From Octopus vulgaris (Eukaryota), in contig OX597823.1 of NCBI GenBank assembly GCA_951406725.2, positions 41,292,001 to 41,356,000 of the forward strand: 64,000 bases of DNA. The letters are read 5' to 3'. The notes beneath the pieces were generated by a model. The model ran no database searches and was not told where the DNA came from. It worked only from the letters and a program-made list of their open reading frames with translations. This document shows, piece after piece, positions 1 to 11,175 of this stretch. Each line of letters starts with the position of its first letter. Within the stretch, counting starts at the first letter, position 1. A program made the position numbers and the translations under genes.

Positions 1-42
1 CCTCAAAATTGCTGACCTTATGCCTAAATAAGAATGAATGAA

Positions 43-222
43 AGGTGATGAGCTCGTAGAATTGTTTGTACATTCGGCATAAAATTGCTTCTGAGTTCAC
101 TCAGGTTGACTTTGCAGTTCATCCTTTCAGAGTTGATTAGATAATTGCAGTTGAGCACTGGGGTCAATGTAATTATCCGTTCCCTAAAATTGCTAGCGTT
201 GTACCAAAATTTGAAACTACTA
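43..222 (+). mobile_element. SINE family B, old degenerate copy
   Basis: Matches the other B copies in the window: ggtgatgagc head, gagttca B-box remnant, ggttgactttgc..ttcatcctttc, cactggggtcaatgtaat core and ccctaaaattgct..ttgtaccaaaatttgaaac tail. Confidence 0.65.
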
Positions 223-1834
223 TTATTCAGTAGTCATATTTTTTATGTGCTTTCACTGCACTACCAAGCACAGTCTTGTGAGCATTGGGCATGCATGAGT
301 GGTTTGTTTATGGTGTTATTTTTACTGTACTGAAAGTACACTACATGAGATGTGTGCAGTGCCTAGCAGTGCTATTTTCTTTGTTATATATATTCATAAC
401 TCTTGAAGTTTGGTTATATTTGTCGGCATGCATTTTTTTATATCATTCCCCAAACACCTATTATTATGGAGATTGGTGGGTTGTTTTCAAGCCCTGTATT
501 TGGCCCTTTAATTTCTTTCTTTTTTTTTGGTTTCCAGATATTTGTATTTCATTAGTTTCTCCATTTCTTTTAGGGACCGATACATCAATTAGGAGGCTTT
601 CTTGTTTTAGTGGTCCTTTCCTTGACAAGGTTTTTTTTCTCTTTTCTGTGCTCAGTCAGTTACTAGGGTTGAAAACTTGGCACAATATTTGACATCTTTG
701 ATTTTGATGAGAGTCTATGGTAGGTTTTGTAAATTAGCTTATTAGAGACTGCCGAATGGTAGAGTTGTTAATGTGTTAGATGAAATGTCATGCAATCTTT
801 GCTCTGGCTCTCCATGCTCTGAGTTGAAACCCCACCAAAATCATATTAGACTTTCACAGTTTTAGAGTATAAAAAAGTATATTCCAGATCTGTGGATTGG
901 TAGACCATTGCAAAGATCAGATCATAATTTGAATGCTCATTTGATCACTTGTAGCTTAACAACAACAAGAACAACAATATCAATGCAACAGCAACAAGCA
1001 AAGTAAAAATCTCATTCAACACTGTTTGCTAATGACAACAACAATAACTACAATCCCTACCACCATCACCACCACCATTGTCACTGACAGCACTCACCAC
1101 TCACCAGAAAGACACCAGCAAAATCATAAACAACGGCTTCCCAGTCCTCAGCTTGCCCCACACACTCAGCAGCGCAGTCATCGATAACTCTCCTAACAAC
1201 TTCCACCTCAGCACTCATTGATATCATAACCATCACCACCACCGCCACCACCACCACCACCTCCACTAAGAACACCAAAACGTTTGTCACCTGAGTGCAG
1301 TGTGACACCCAATAACATCAATTCAAGAATAAACAAAACATTTTTTTTTTATTCCTTTTTTCTTTTTTTTATTAGTAGGCTGTATTTTAATTGGCAGTTT
1401 ATCAAATACACAGGAAATAATTAATTACTTAGTTTCAGAATTTTTCTCTAATTCTCTCCTTTCCACCACCACCACCACCACCACCACCACTCCTGCCACC
1501 TCTCTCATTTCCTATTTTACTCTATTGCTTTTCGTTTGTTGATTATTTCGCATATTTCAAAATTTATATATTTATGCAATAATTTAATTCTCACCATAAA
1601 TTACCACCTTGGTGGGTGATGGATTGATTTTATTTATACATATAGTTTAATTTTTCGATTTCATTACACTAGAATATAGTGAAGTTAGACTGAAACAAAG
1701 ACATCTGGCTTGTACACGGGCTATTCTCTAGTCATGTGTATTTCATTGTCACACATCCATCCATTCTAGCCATGTGTGGATGTTAGAAAAACGTAATTGT
1801 TCAAAATCATTATCTTCATTTCTGAAATAGACAC

Positions 1835-1982
1835 AGGTATAGTTGTGTAGGTAATTAGTTTGCTTCCCTGCCAAGTCGTTTCAAGTTCAGTCCCTCTGCA
1901 TGACATCTTGGGCAAGTGTTTTCTATGATAGCCTTGAGCTGACCAAAGCTTTGTGAATGGATTTGATAGATGGAAACTGGGA
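1835..1982 (+). mobile_element. SINE family A head (tRNA-derived), truncated
   Basis: gttcagtccctctgcatgacatcttgggcaagtgttttcta...tggatttgatagatggaaactg aligns to the head of the full copy at 2851. Confidence 0.7.
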
Positions 1983-2542
1983 GTAAGTTGTTGTTGTTGT
2001 GTATGTGTGTGTGTGTGTGTATGTATATATGTATATATGTGTGTAAGTATATATGTATGCATGTATGTATACATATCCATCTATGTGTCTCTGTGATTGT
2101 TTACATATTCTATGAATAATATGAGCTACAAGTGATGATGTTGTTGAAGTTTCTGCTGGCTTTGCACCTTCAAAGACATGAAGTTTTAAAAAATCCCTCA
2201 CTTGAAAATTGGGTGAATTTAAATGACAAATACAGTAAAACAATACCTCAGTAATACATTTGTCTAACCCATACTAGCATGGACGAATGGACGTAAAAAC
2301 AAATAAAGAACAAATTTTCATTTATGATGCAAAACTTCCCAAACTCTGGTCTTTGATCAATCACACTCTTACATTAACTTCTGATCTTCTCAGATCTAAT
2401 CACTGCTGTGTATTAGCTTCTGATCTCCAATCAGCAGCTGTGCATAATATCACTTAATGCCAACAGATTGCAATTAACTTTGTCCAAGGATTATTTTTTT
2501 TTTGTGTGTATATATCATCATCATCATCATCATCGTTTAATA

Positions 2543-2581
<39 letters not shown>

Positions 2582-2587
2582 ATATTT

Positions 2588-3318
2588 AGGGTTGTCATAT
2601 TTTTTGCCTGTTAACCACACACACTACATAACTTGGTATTCACTTCAGTTTTATTGTTATTCTTATTTTAATGTCTTCTGTTTGAAATCTTTTGTCGCAC
2701 ATCTTGTGTTATTTTCTGTTTAGTCTGTAAGATAGAAGGGACTGAGCAGACCAGGAGAAGACACGTGGGATGAAGAGTCACTGAAGAGGTCATAGTACAT
2801 GTTGTGAAAGATTTCAGACAAAAGACACAAATATAAAAATAATAATAATAGGCATAGGAGTGGCTCTGTGGTAAGTAGCTTGCTTACGAACCACATGGTT
2901 CCAGGTTCAGTCCCACTGCGTAGCATCTTGGGCAAGTGTCTTCTACTATAGACTCGGGCCAACCAAAGGCTTGTAAGTGCATTTCATAGACGGAAACTGA
3001 AAGAAGCCCATCGCATATATGTATATATATGTGTATATGTGTGTGTGTCTGTGTTTGTCCCCCCAACATCGCTTGATAACCGATGCTAGTGTGTTTACGT
3101 CCCCGTAACTTAACAGTTCGGCAAAAAAGACTGATAGAACAAGTACTAGGCTTACAAGAAATAAGTCCTGGGGTCGATTTGCTTGATTAAAGGCAGTGCT
3201 CCAGCATGGCCATAGTCAAATGACTGAAACAAGTAAAAGAATAAAAAAAAGAATAATAAAACTGAAGTGAAGAACACATGTATAGTGCATGTGGTTAATT
3301 GGCAAAAAATACGACCTT
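2588..3318. repeat. Inverted (fold-back) repeat pair, Penelope pLTR-like, right arm interrupted by a SINE
   Basis: 2588-~2715 is a diverged reverse complement of ~2780-2850 plus 3250-3318 (ttttttgcctgttaaccac..cttcagttttatt versus aataaaactgaagtg..gtggttaattggcaaaaaa). The right arm holds ctgaaga..gaaag.tttc. The Penelope assignment is inferred. Confidence 0.55.
2851..3240 (+). mobile_element. SINE family A, full length (tail type 1)
   Basis: tRNA-like head with A-box tggctctgtggt and B-box ggttcagtccc, central (TA)/(TG) microsatellite, 3' ctccagcatggcc..tgactgaaacaagtaaaaga. More than 15 related copies occur in the window. Confidence 0.9.
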
Positions 3319-3493
3319 CTCCAAGTATAACAATATCTGTTTCAATACACGATTTCATATCAGGAATCTTGCATAACAAATACATAAAGATATATATATA
3401 CACACACATACATGATTTTGTCCCAAACAAAGTTTGAGGCCACTGTAGCATAAGGGACTACAGAGTAACAAAAGAAATGGCCTACAAATTTAA

Positions 3494-3564
3494 TGTGCAT
3501 GTTGGTAGATCCCAGTGTGTGAGACTCCCAAATATATCGTAGATGTTTACATGTTCCATTCTCA
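3494..3564 (+). repeat. 71-bp exact direct repeat, copy 1, flanked by TTAA on both sides
   Basis: Identical to 6932-7002; ttaa at 3490-3493 and 3565-3568. Confidence 0.9.
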
Positions 3565-3749
3565 TTAACAGAAAGCTTAAAAGGGCTGAATATTGTAGAC
3601 CAGAGGAAAACAGGACAATGACAATGATTTCTAGAGTGCAGTATTTTGAGGAAGGAAGTTTTTTGATGGAGGAAGTTATTAGAATAAGAGGACTAGTAGA
3701 AAGCTCAGTAGAGAAATAATGTATCTGGGAAGAGAAGCAGGTGACACAT

Positions 3750-3960
3750 TCAACCTTTCAGCATTTAAGCCAGCCATATCCAGCCAAAATGTTCTACTTG
3801 TTTTATGTTCAAACTGACCAGATCTGGCCTCTTAAACCTATCCTACAATATCATTCTAAATTACCACATCAAAATTTTGAAACTGCAAGATAATGAATAA
3901 TTAATTACAGACAATATGAATAAGCACTACATTTGACAGAAATGAATGCAAAGAGTTTAA
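3750..3960 (-). mobile_element. piggyBac-type MITE, degenerate copy of the 41283 element
   Basis: Reverse complement of 41283-41503 (ttttatgttcaaactgaccagatctgg); termini decayed. Confidence 0.7.
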
Positions 3961-4428
3961 AGCCCTTGACAGAAGGTACTAGACCAGGAAGTTCACCAGA
4001 AAATGACCATAGAAATAATTATAGAACAAGCACAATGAAAATACATTTTGATGAAGAAGTAGTCTCTGACCTCATGGTGTAAGGTAGTTTATTTATACCA
4101 TTGGTTTTTCTTTTTACCTACCAAGGAATCAAAACTTATGCCAACAACTTGGACTCTGCTCCCACAAACCATAAAAATTCTTATGCCATTAGACAAACAT
4201 ATTCTTCTGATACTAATCCCTAAAGGAAAAAAATATTGCTTGTACACCATTCACACCAACCATCCTCCCAGACCCTGGTCTGTTCAATACTGAATACTGT
4301 GAAAATTGAAAATATGCCATTCTAGTGCCAAGTTTTGACTGACCTGCATAAAAATACACTTGGTGCTGACACAACAACGTAAATATCTTTTACATATTAT
4401 TCATTATTATTCATATCTGTTCTATATA

Positions 4429-4475
<47 letters not shown>

Positions 4476-4602
4476 CACACACACATATATATATACATAT
4501 AGTGTGTGTGTATATATTATTCATATATTTGTGTGTGCGTGTATATATATATATATATAAACATACATATATATGTAATATAGTATGTATATTTGTGTAT
4601 GG

Positions 4603-4656
<54 letters not shown>

Positions 4657-4961
4657 AGAAAAAAAGAAAGAATTTGAAGGAAAACAAATCATATTAATTG
4701 TTCAAGCATAGGAAAATAGGACATGTGTTTTTCATTGCCATCGTCTTTTTTTTTTTATCACTTTTTTAATTCTTTTTTTTTTTTTTACCAATTCCATTTG
4801 GCTGAAAGATATCCAATTCTATTCCATTCAGTGATTTCAAATGATTTTGCAGTAAATATTACAAAAATAGCATCACATTTATTTACTTTTTTGTTTTAGT
4901 TTGAAAAAAGAAAAAAAGTAAACCTTCATAAAGTTTTCCTTTTTACAATTCTACTTTTTCC

Positions 4962-4962
<1 letters not shown>

Positions 4963-5027
<65 letters not shown>

Positions 5028-5051
5028 CATCATTATTATTATTATTATTAT
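4963..5051. repeat. (ATT)n microsatellite
   Basis: Seen directly. Confidence 0.95.
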
Positions 5052-6129
5052 TTGAAGTTGCCAATGGTGGACGTGTCTTTTGTGAGCTTGTGTGTATAAG
5101 AAAAAATATCAGATTACTTGAGGTATTGGATGTTCCTTTATGTGTCATGCTTTATTTTTTCCTTTTTTGGAATGGTTGGAATGGACACCTATTTTACATA
5201 AAGAAACAAGGAATTTTTTCACATGTTCTCTTTTTGTTTGTTTACTCTGTTTGCGGGAGAAAAAAACTTCACATTTTTATTTATTATTTATATATTTATT
5301 TATTGTTTGCTGATAGATAATGTTAAATAAGTATTTGTAAATGAAACAGCCACTGAAGTGATAGTAAGAGGTGAGGGCCCCACAAATCTTGAAGTGCCAC
5401 TTGCTCTTACAAAAAAGTTCTACAGCATTTATAAAGACAAAAATATGTAAGACAATGATAGTTACACGGGTAGAAAAATTGGGGTAAAAAATTATTCATA
5501 TCTTGATACATGCAAGAAAAAATTTCAGTAAGAGTTTTGCTTGTGTAGCTAGTCAGAAAGAATCACTGAATATAAATTTCCTCCAAGAAAAACAGAAATT
5601 GGGACAAGTTCTGAAGGAAAGTGCTTCCTTACCTAAAGAATGCATTCAAGAACAAACAGGTAGGAAGGTAAACTACAGTTCTATCTTGCTTAAAATGGAG
5701 CAGGCTTCAGCTGCTTACAGAAATGTGTGTGGAATGATGTAGTTCCCATCAACCAGGCAGACTATATGAGAGTGTGTTTTTTTTTGTTTTTAAGACTCAG
5801 GACTAGACAAGCAATAAGCTGAGGTGGTGCACTAAACACATGTTTACAGAGTGGTACCACAATGTGTGGAGAACCAGAGTATAAGGATCACAGCCAGTGT
5901 TTGATGTTAGCTCTTGACTTATTGTCTTCTTTGTGATTCAGTGCAGTTGGGTGGAAAGGACAGAAATAAATAAGCAATGTTATGTGACTGGGTGTGGCCC
6001 ATACAGATCACAGCCAGTTAAACATTGGCTGCTGAAGATTACAAAGACATCCAGGAACTTGAGTGCCAAAAGTAAAACGTTCAGGATTATAACAGCTGGA
6101 TGGAGAGTAGGATGCACTAATACTCTGAC

Positions 6130-6270
6130 TTGTACTCATTTACAGTTGAATGAACTGAAGCAATGTAAAATAAAGTGCCCAGCCCAATGCAACAATGTAT
6201 TGTCCAGTAAAAGCATTGAACTTACAACCTTATAGTTATGAAGTGAAAACTATAACTACTTAGCCACATA
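6130..6270 (-). mobile_element. SINE family D head, degenerate
   Basis: gtactcatttacagttgaatgaactgaagcaatgtaaaataaagtg is the reverse complement of the cacttcatttcacatt..ccagtacactcaactg..aatgagt segment at ~9728-9772. Confidence 0.55.
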
Positions 6271-6394
6271 CACAACATATATAGGTTTTTAGTTATTCAC
6301 AATAATATGTTAGACGATTTTTCTTGTATTACCCTGTCTACATAAATTGGCATATCCCAGAGTATAAGTACTTTGTCACTTTGTGCCTTTTAAT

Positions 6395-6429
6395 ACACAC
6401 ACGCACACATACACATACACACACATACA

Positions 6430-6498
<69 letters not shown>
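6395..6498. repeat. (CA)n microsatellite
   Basis: Seen directly. Confidence 0.95.
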
Positions 6499-6499
<1 letters not shown>

Positions 6500-6849
6500 A
6501 GTAAAAAAGAACAGGAGATATGAGAGGTAGAAGATTTAATATATCCATAAGGGCACAGTGTCAAATAATTTACTCCAGATTACATCATTCATTTTGATGA
6601 GTTGATATATTCATATTATGTACCCTGCACACCCATACGCACAGACCCCCAACACACACACACATTCACACAACATTACACAATACAAGTGTATAGCCAT
6701 ATAAAGATGCACAATAGAGAAAACTAATCTATAATGATTCCTGACATGGGAATTTGTTTTTTCAAGGTGTTGCCACAGTATGGCCACAGTCCAATGACTG
6801 AAACCAGTAAAAGATAAAAGTTTTACACACACATACATACATACATACA

Positions 6850-6885
<36 letters not shown>

Positions 6886-6931
6886 CATACATTTATGCAT
6901 GTGTGTATGTGTATGTGTATCGTTATTTTTT

Positions 6932-7002
6932 TGTGCATGTTGGTAGATCCCAGTGTGTGAGACTCCCAAATATATCGTAGATGTTTACATGTTCCATTCT
7001 CA
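6932..7002 (+). repeat. 71-bp exact direct repeat, copy 2
   Basis: Identical to 3494-3564; no TTAA flanks. Confidence 0.9.
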
Positions 7003-7730
7003 CTTGTATTGGACTCCCGAAGCTATTTGCATTAGTTTTCCCTTTAATTCATACCAGATATTAACAGATATTAAGTCGTTCTGCAGTAGATGTTTTATAA
7101 TAGTTTTCTAGCTGCAAAAGACAGTACCTCACTATGTTTGTGGTGTGTATATATATATGTATATATATATATTTTTTTTTTTTTTCTTCCTCTCTCAATG
7201 TTTATGTGGTACAGTCATTGCATTTCTTATTTTTTATTTTCTTATCTAGTCTTTCTAATTCACTTAACTTCCAGTGAGAATACAATAACAGCAACAGTTT
7301 TGATATCTATTACCTTATTTTTGGTGCTTAACTGCTTAACTCAGTCTGAAGTATTAATTGTTTGAATCTACAATACACTTCTCTGACATTTTCTTTTATT
7401 TATTTCCATGTGTGTGTATGTTATATTCAGTCTAGTTCATTAATTACTAAGTATTTCTAAGTCTGTCTTTGATCAGTTCTCTTATCTTCATTTCTCTTTA
7501 GAACATGGTATTAACCATTTCTTTTCATTTTCTTCCTTTTTAAGGTTGCATCGTACATTTTCTGAACCAAATTCCATACCTAATTCTCTCGTGTCTTTGT
7601 TACTTTGTGACATTCCTCACAGTTCTATAGTTATATGAATATATTAATCCCCAGGGTATTTGCAGTGAGATCTCTGGCTGGTTGTTTCCCCATGCATACA
7701 CACTTAAGATGTTTTAATCAAAAAAGAGGC

Positions 7731-7890
7731 GAAGGCATGGCGGTGTGGTTAAGAGGTTTGCTTCTTAATCACAAAGTTTCAAATTCAGTCCCACTACATG
7801 GAACATTGGGCAAGTATTTTCTGTTGTGTCCCTGGGTCACTGGATGTCTTGTCAGTGGATCTGGTAGATAGAAACTGAAAGAAGCCTATC
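7731..7890 (+). mobile_element. SINE family A head
   Basis: ggcatggcggtgtggttaaga..ttcagtcccactacatgg..gaaactgaaagaagcc. Confidence 0.75.
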
Positions 7891-7909
7891 ACATATATCT
7901 TTTATCATT

Positions 7910-8151
7910 GACTCGTTTCAGTCAATAGACTGTAGACATTCTGGGACACTGCCATGAAGAATTTTTAGTCGAATGAATTGACCCAGCACTTATTTTTTGT
8001 TAAACCTGGTCTTTATTCTATCAGACTTTTTTGTCAAACTGCTAAGTTATGGGGGTGTAAACACACCAACACCGATTGTCAAGTGATAGTGGGCAACAAA
8101 CACAGATGCAAAGACACACAAACATAAATATACTTATATACAGTATATATA

Positions 8152-8186
<35 letters not shown>

Positions 8187-8545
8187 TGGGTAATCCTATA
8201 AATAATGTGGATTTTTCAATTGCACAAACTAAAAATTGGAGGGGGACGAGATAAACTACCTGCATCAACTTGCTATAAAAGCAGGTAGTAATTTTACCTG
8301 TTCCTCATTCTTATTGCAAGTTTTGAAGAGTGCAGTTCAATTTTAACAATTATTTTTTCAAAGCTATAATGGAAGTGACAAAGGAGCATGTTTTACTTTA
8401 TGAGTTCAATAAACTCAACAACATTGACTTTATTGAACTTTGGCTATAGTAGAAGACACTTGCCCAAGGAGCCACACAGTGAGACTGAAACCAGAACCAT
8501 GTGGTTGGGAAGCAGTCTTCTTACCACACAGCCACTCCTGCACCT
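7910..8545 (-). mobile_element. SINE family A, minus strand, split by a mariner fragment
   Basis: Tail at 7910-8115 and head at 8441-8545 are both reverse complements of the family A sequence. Confidence 0.65.
8185..8412 (+). mobile_element. mariner 5' end (TIR plus transposase N-terminus relic)
   Basis: Starts tattgggtaatcctataaataatg after (TA)n; atggaagtgacaaaggagcat..ctttatgagttcaataaa reads MEVTKEH..LYEFNK, typical of mariner transposase N-termini. Confidence 0.65.
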
Positions 8546-8589
8546 ATATATATATGTGTCTGCATATGTGTGTGAGTAGTGTGTTTTAG

Positions 8590-8800
8590 TCCCTCCTTGT
8601 TTCCACATCACATGCCTGTGTCATACAAATAATGTCCTCTATTTTCAATCTGCCATGAAAACATGTCTGGCCATGGGAAAATATTACCTTACTGACAAAC
8701 GGGCGAGATTTGGCCACAGGAAGGGCATCCGGCAATGAAAAAATTTACCTCAACAAATTCTGTCCAACCCAAGATAACATGAAAATTGGACTTTATAAAT
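8590..8800 (+). mobile_element. SINE A tail type 2 (RTE-like 3' end) fragment
   Basis: gaaaacatgtctggccatgggaaaatattacctt..aggaagggcatccggc, shared with the copies at 32528, 46210 and 46875. Confidence 0.65.
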
Positions 8801-9628
8801 ATTGATATGGATGGTGGCGTTACTGCAGATGATGATGGGTATCTCAAGCATATCTCAGGCAACTGAGATTCTTTGAGTTATTTTGAGATTTGTCGAATTG
8901 TTCTGGAAAAAAACATTATTAAGCTTTTTAAAAATGCTTCCTTTAAGCAATTTTGAGATTTCTTAAAAAAATATTTCTAAAATATTTTTCACCTTTTCTT
9001 ATCTCATTCGTCATTTCTTTAATCTCCATTTAATTTATTCATTTACTGTATTTCCTCCTCCTCCTCCTTTACCTTCCCAACCTCTCCAACTAATGCCATT
9101 ATCCTGTTGTTTTACTACACTATACATTAATGAAAATAGGATTCATTAGTTTCCATTGCTCATATAGATGCATCCTACAAACTAGATTGTATGTATTAAG
9201 CAAATAAGAAGAACGTCCAGTAAGTCTCCCTGGGCATTTATTCCTCTTTCAAGAATTTGCATGGTTTCCTGTTATTTCCTTTGATGTGTTATTTTACTTG
9301 TTTAGTTTCTATGGCTGGCATAACAACCTAATTTTTGGCTTACTCCATTTTTATTTAGTACTTTTAGTTTCATAGGTATTTTACTTCTTTCTACCACTTC
9401 TTACTATTGTTAATGTAAAAAAAAGCTGAAGATAGAGAAGAACAAAAAATGGGAAAAGAAGATGACAAGGAAGGAAGATTATAAAAGAAACAATGAGAAG
9501 TGGAGGTAAGGAGAAGAATAGCGAAAAAGTGGAGAGAAGGAATAAGTAGAAAGAAAGGAAATACAATGGAAAATATAAGGGTTTAGGTTATTGTTCTGTT
9601 TCTCCTCTGAGTGAAGGTTCTACTTTGA

Positions 9629-9910
9629 GTGAAGGTATGTAACCTAGTGGTTAGTGTGTTGCACTCATGATCAATAAGACTGGGGCTTTGATTTCCAGAC
9701 CAGGCAGTTTTGTTTTTTCAAGCAAAACACTTCATTTCACATTACCCCAGTACACTCAACTGTGAATGAGTTCCAGCAATAACTGGGAAGTTAATCCTGT
9801 GACAGACTGGCATCCTGTTCACAGGTGAGTGTTGTATTTCAATCAGTTATATACTATAGAATTGGGTTTAAACTCCAGCCTTGTGAGTCCTAGGGCTCGT
9901 AACAGACCTA
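9629..9910 (+). mobile_element. SINE family D, tRNA head plus central domain resembling Meta-type SINEs
   Basis: A-box-like cctagtggttag, agcaaaacactt..ccagtacactcaactg, then aatcctgtgacagactggcatcctgttc and a 3' aaactccagccttgtgagtcc..ggctcgtaacagac. The family-level resemblance is recalled, not searched. Confidence 0.55.
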
Positions 9911-10659
9911 AGTTTAAGTATGCTACCTTGTAATATGTCTCTCTGTGACATCCTCTTCTATTCTTATGACAATAATCTGCATTTATGACTTTTATCCTAT
10001 CTGCCAGTATTTACTTACTGATGGAAAAAAACTAATTGTTAGTTTCCTTTACTTTCTTATGCAGTCTCCTTAGTTTGTTCAGTTTTCAATTTATTACACT
10101 AAAGCTAAGGTTCAATGTTGTTATGCTTAAAATCTTAATGGTTATTACCTATGACAAATTTCAGTCAGTTTGAATTAAATTTGTAGTCAGGGTTCTTAAA
10201 GCAAAACAAGAATGGAAAGGAATTGTCTTGAAATATGTAATTATTTAACAAGAGTTTCTTGTATATTTTTAATAAATCGATTCATTTTTTGTAAAGGTGT
10301 ATTGTGATACAGTTATTCTCCATTTTGTCATGCAGTATTTAATATATCGAACAGTAATTCATTCAACATTAATCATTGTATTTTGAGTGTTCATAAATGT
10401 ATGATGTTATCAATCACTCCTGCAATATTGCTATATTTATCAATAGCTATGGTTTTTTTTACCTATATGTACTTATGTGTATATGTGTTCAACAGACGAC
10501 AGTTAATGACTCTTTAATATTGACTATTTCTTGTGTTTCTCATATTTAGTTATTCAGTATATTTTACTATTTTATAAACCAAATCATCTTTAAACTCTTT
10601 TCATATCAATCTCCTCTTGTTTTATGATAGAAATTTCTTTTTTTTTTTGTGACCTTAAT

Positions 10660-10808
10660 TAAAATATTCCATCATAATTTCATGCTAATTTATATTCTGA
10701 ACACTAGCTGAACGATAACAAAGCTATTTTAATAAATTCTTCATCATTTTTGAAATTAATTGAAATAAACAATGCATTTCAGTGGAAACATGATAACAAA
10801 AGGGTTAA
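10660..10808 (+). mobile_element. piggyBac-type MITE family 2, 3' part
   Basis: Ends gataacaaaagggttaa; homologous to 33003-33218 and 49743-49988. Confidence 0.6.
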
Positions 10809-10899
10809 TAATAGCACTGGAAATTTTCAGAAGGATCTCTGATGCTAGTCAAATCGTATATCTCCTCTACTGCAAGATATCTGTTTTAACTTCTTGTCA

Positions 10900-11175
10900 C
10901 CTGACACAAAATCACTTCACTCAACTCTACACTTCCACCTCAGATGCAAGGTTTTGTCTCATGAGTTACTTGGTTACCTAACTAGTGCTAGTGCTATTCT
11001 AAAAAGCATTCAATACACTCTGCAAAGTGCTTGGCATTAGGAAGGGTATCCAACTATAGATACCATGCTAATGCAGACAATATGAGTTTGGTGCAGTCCC
11101 CCAGCTTGTCAGACCCTGTTGAACCATCCAGTCCTTGTCAATACAGAAAACAATCATTAAATAAATAATGATGAT
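10900..11175 (+). mobile_element. RTE LINE 3' UTR relic
   Basis: aaaagcatt..tacactctgcaaagtgcttggcattaggaagggtatccaactataga..tgatgatg, as in the 3' UTR at 63920-64000. Confidence 0.65.

Noticed and set aside
955-1335. Possible terminal exon (tgtag acceptor, short ORF ending NTVC*, aataaa at ~1328)
   Set aside because: Weak acceptor, low-complexity CAA/CAC sequence, stops in all frames and no recognisable protein.
2851-2925. tRNA genes at SINE heads
   Set aside because: A and B boxes are present but no complete cloverleaf, and each head continues into the SINE body.
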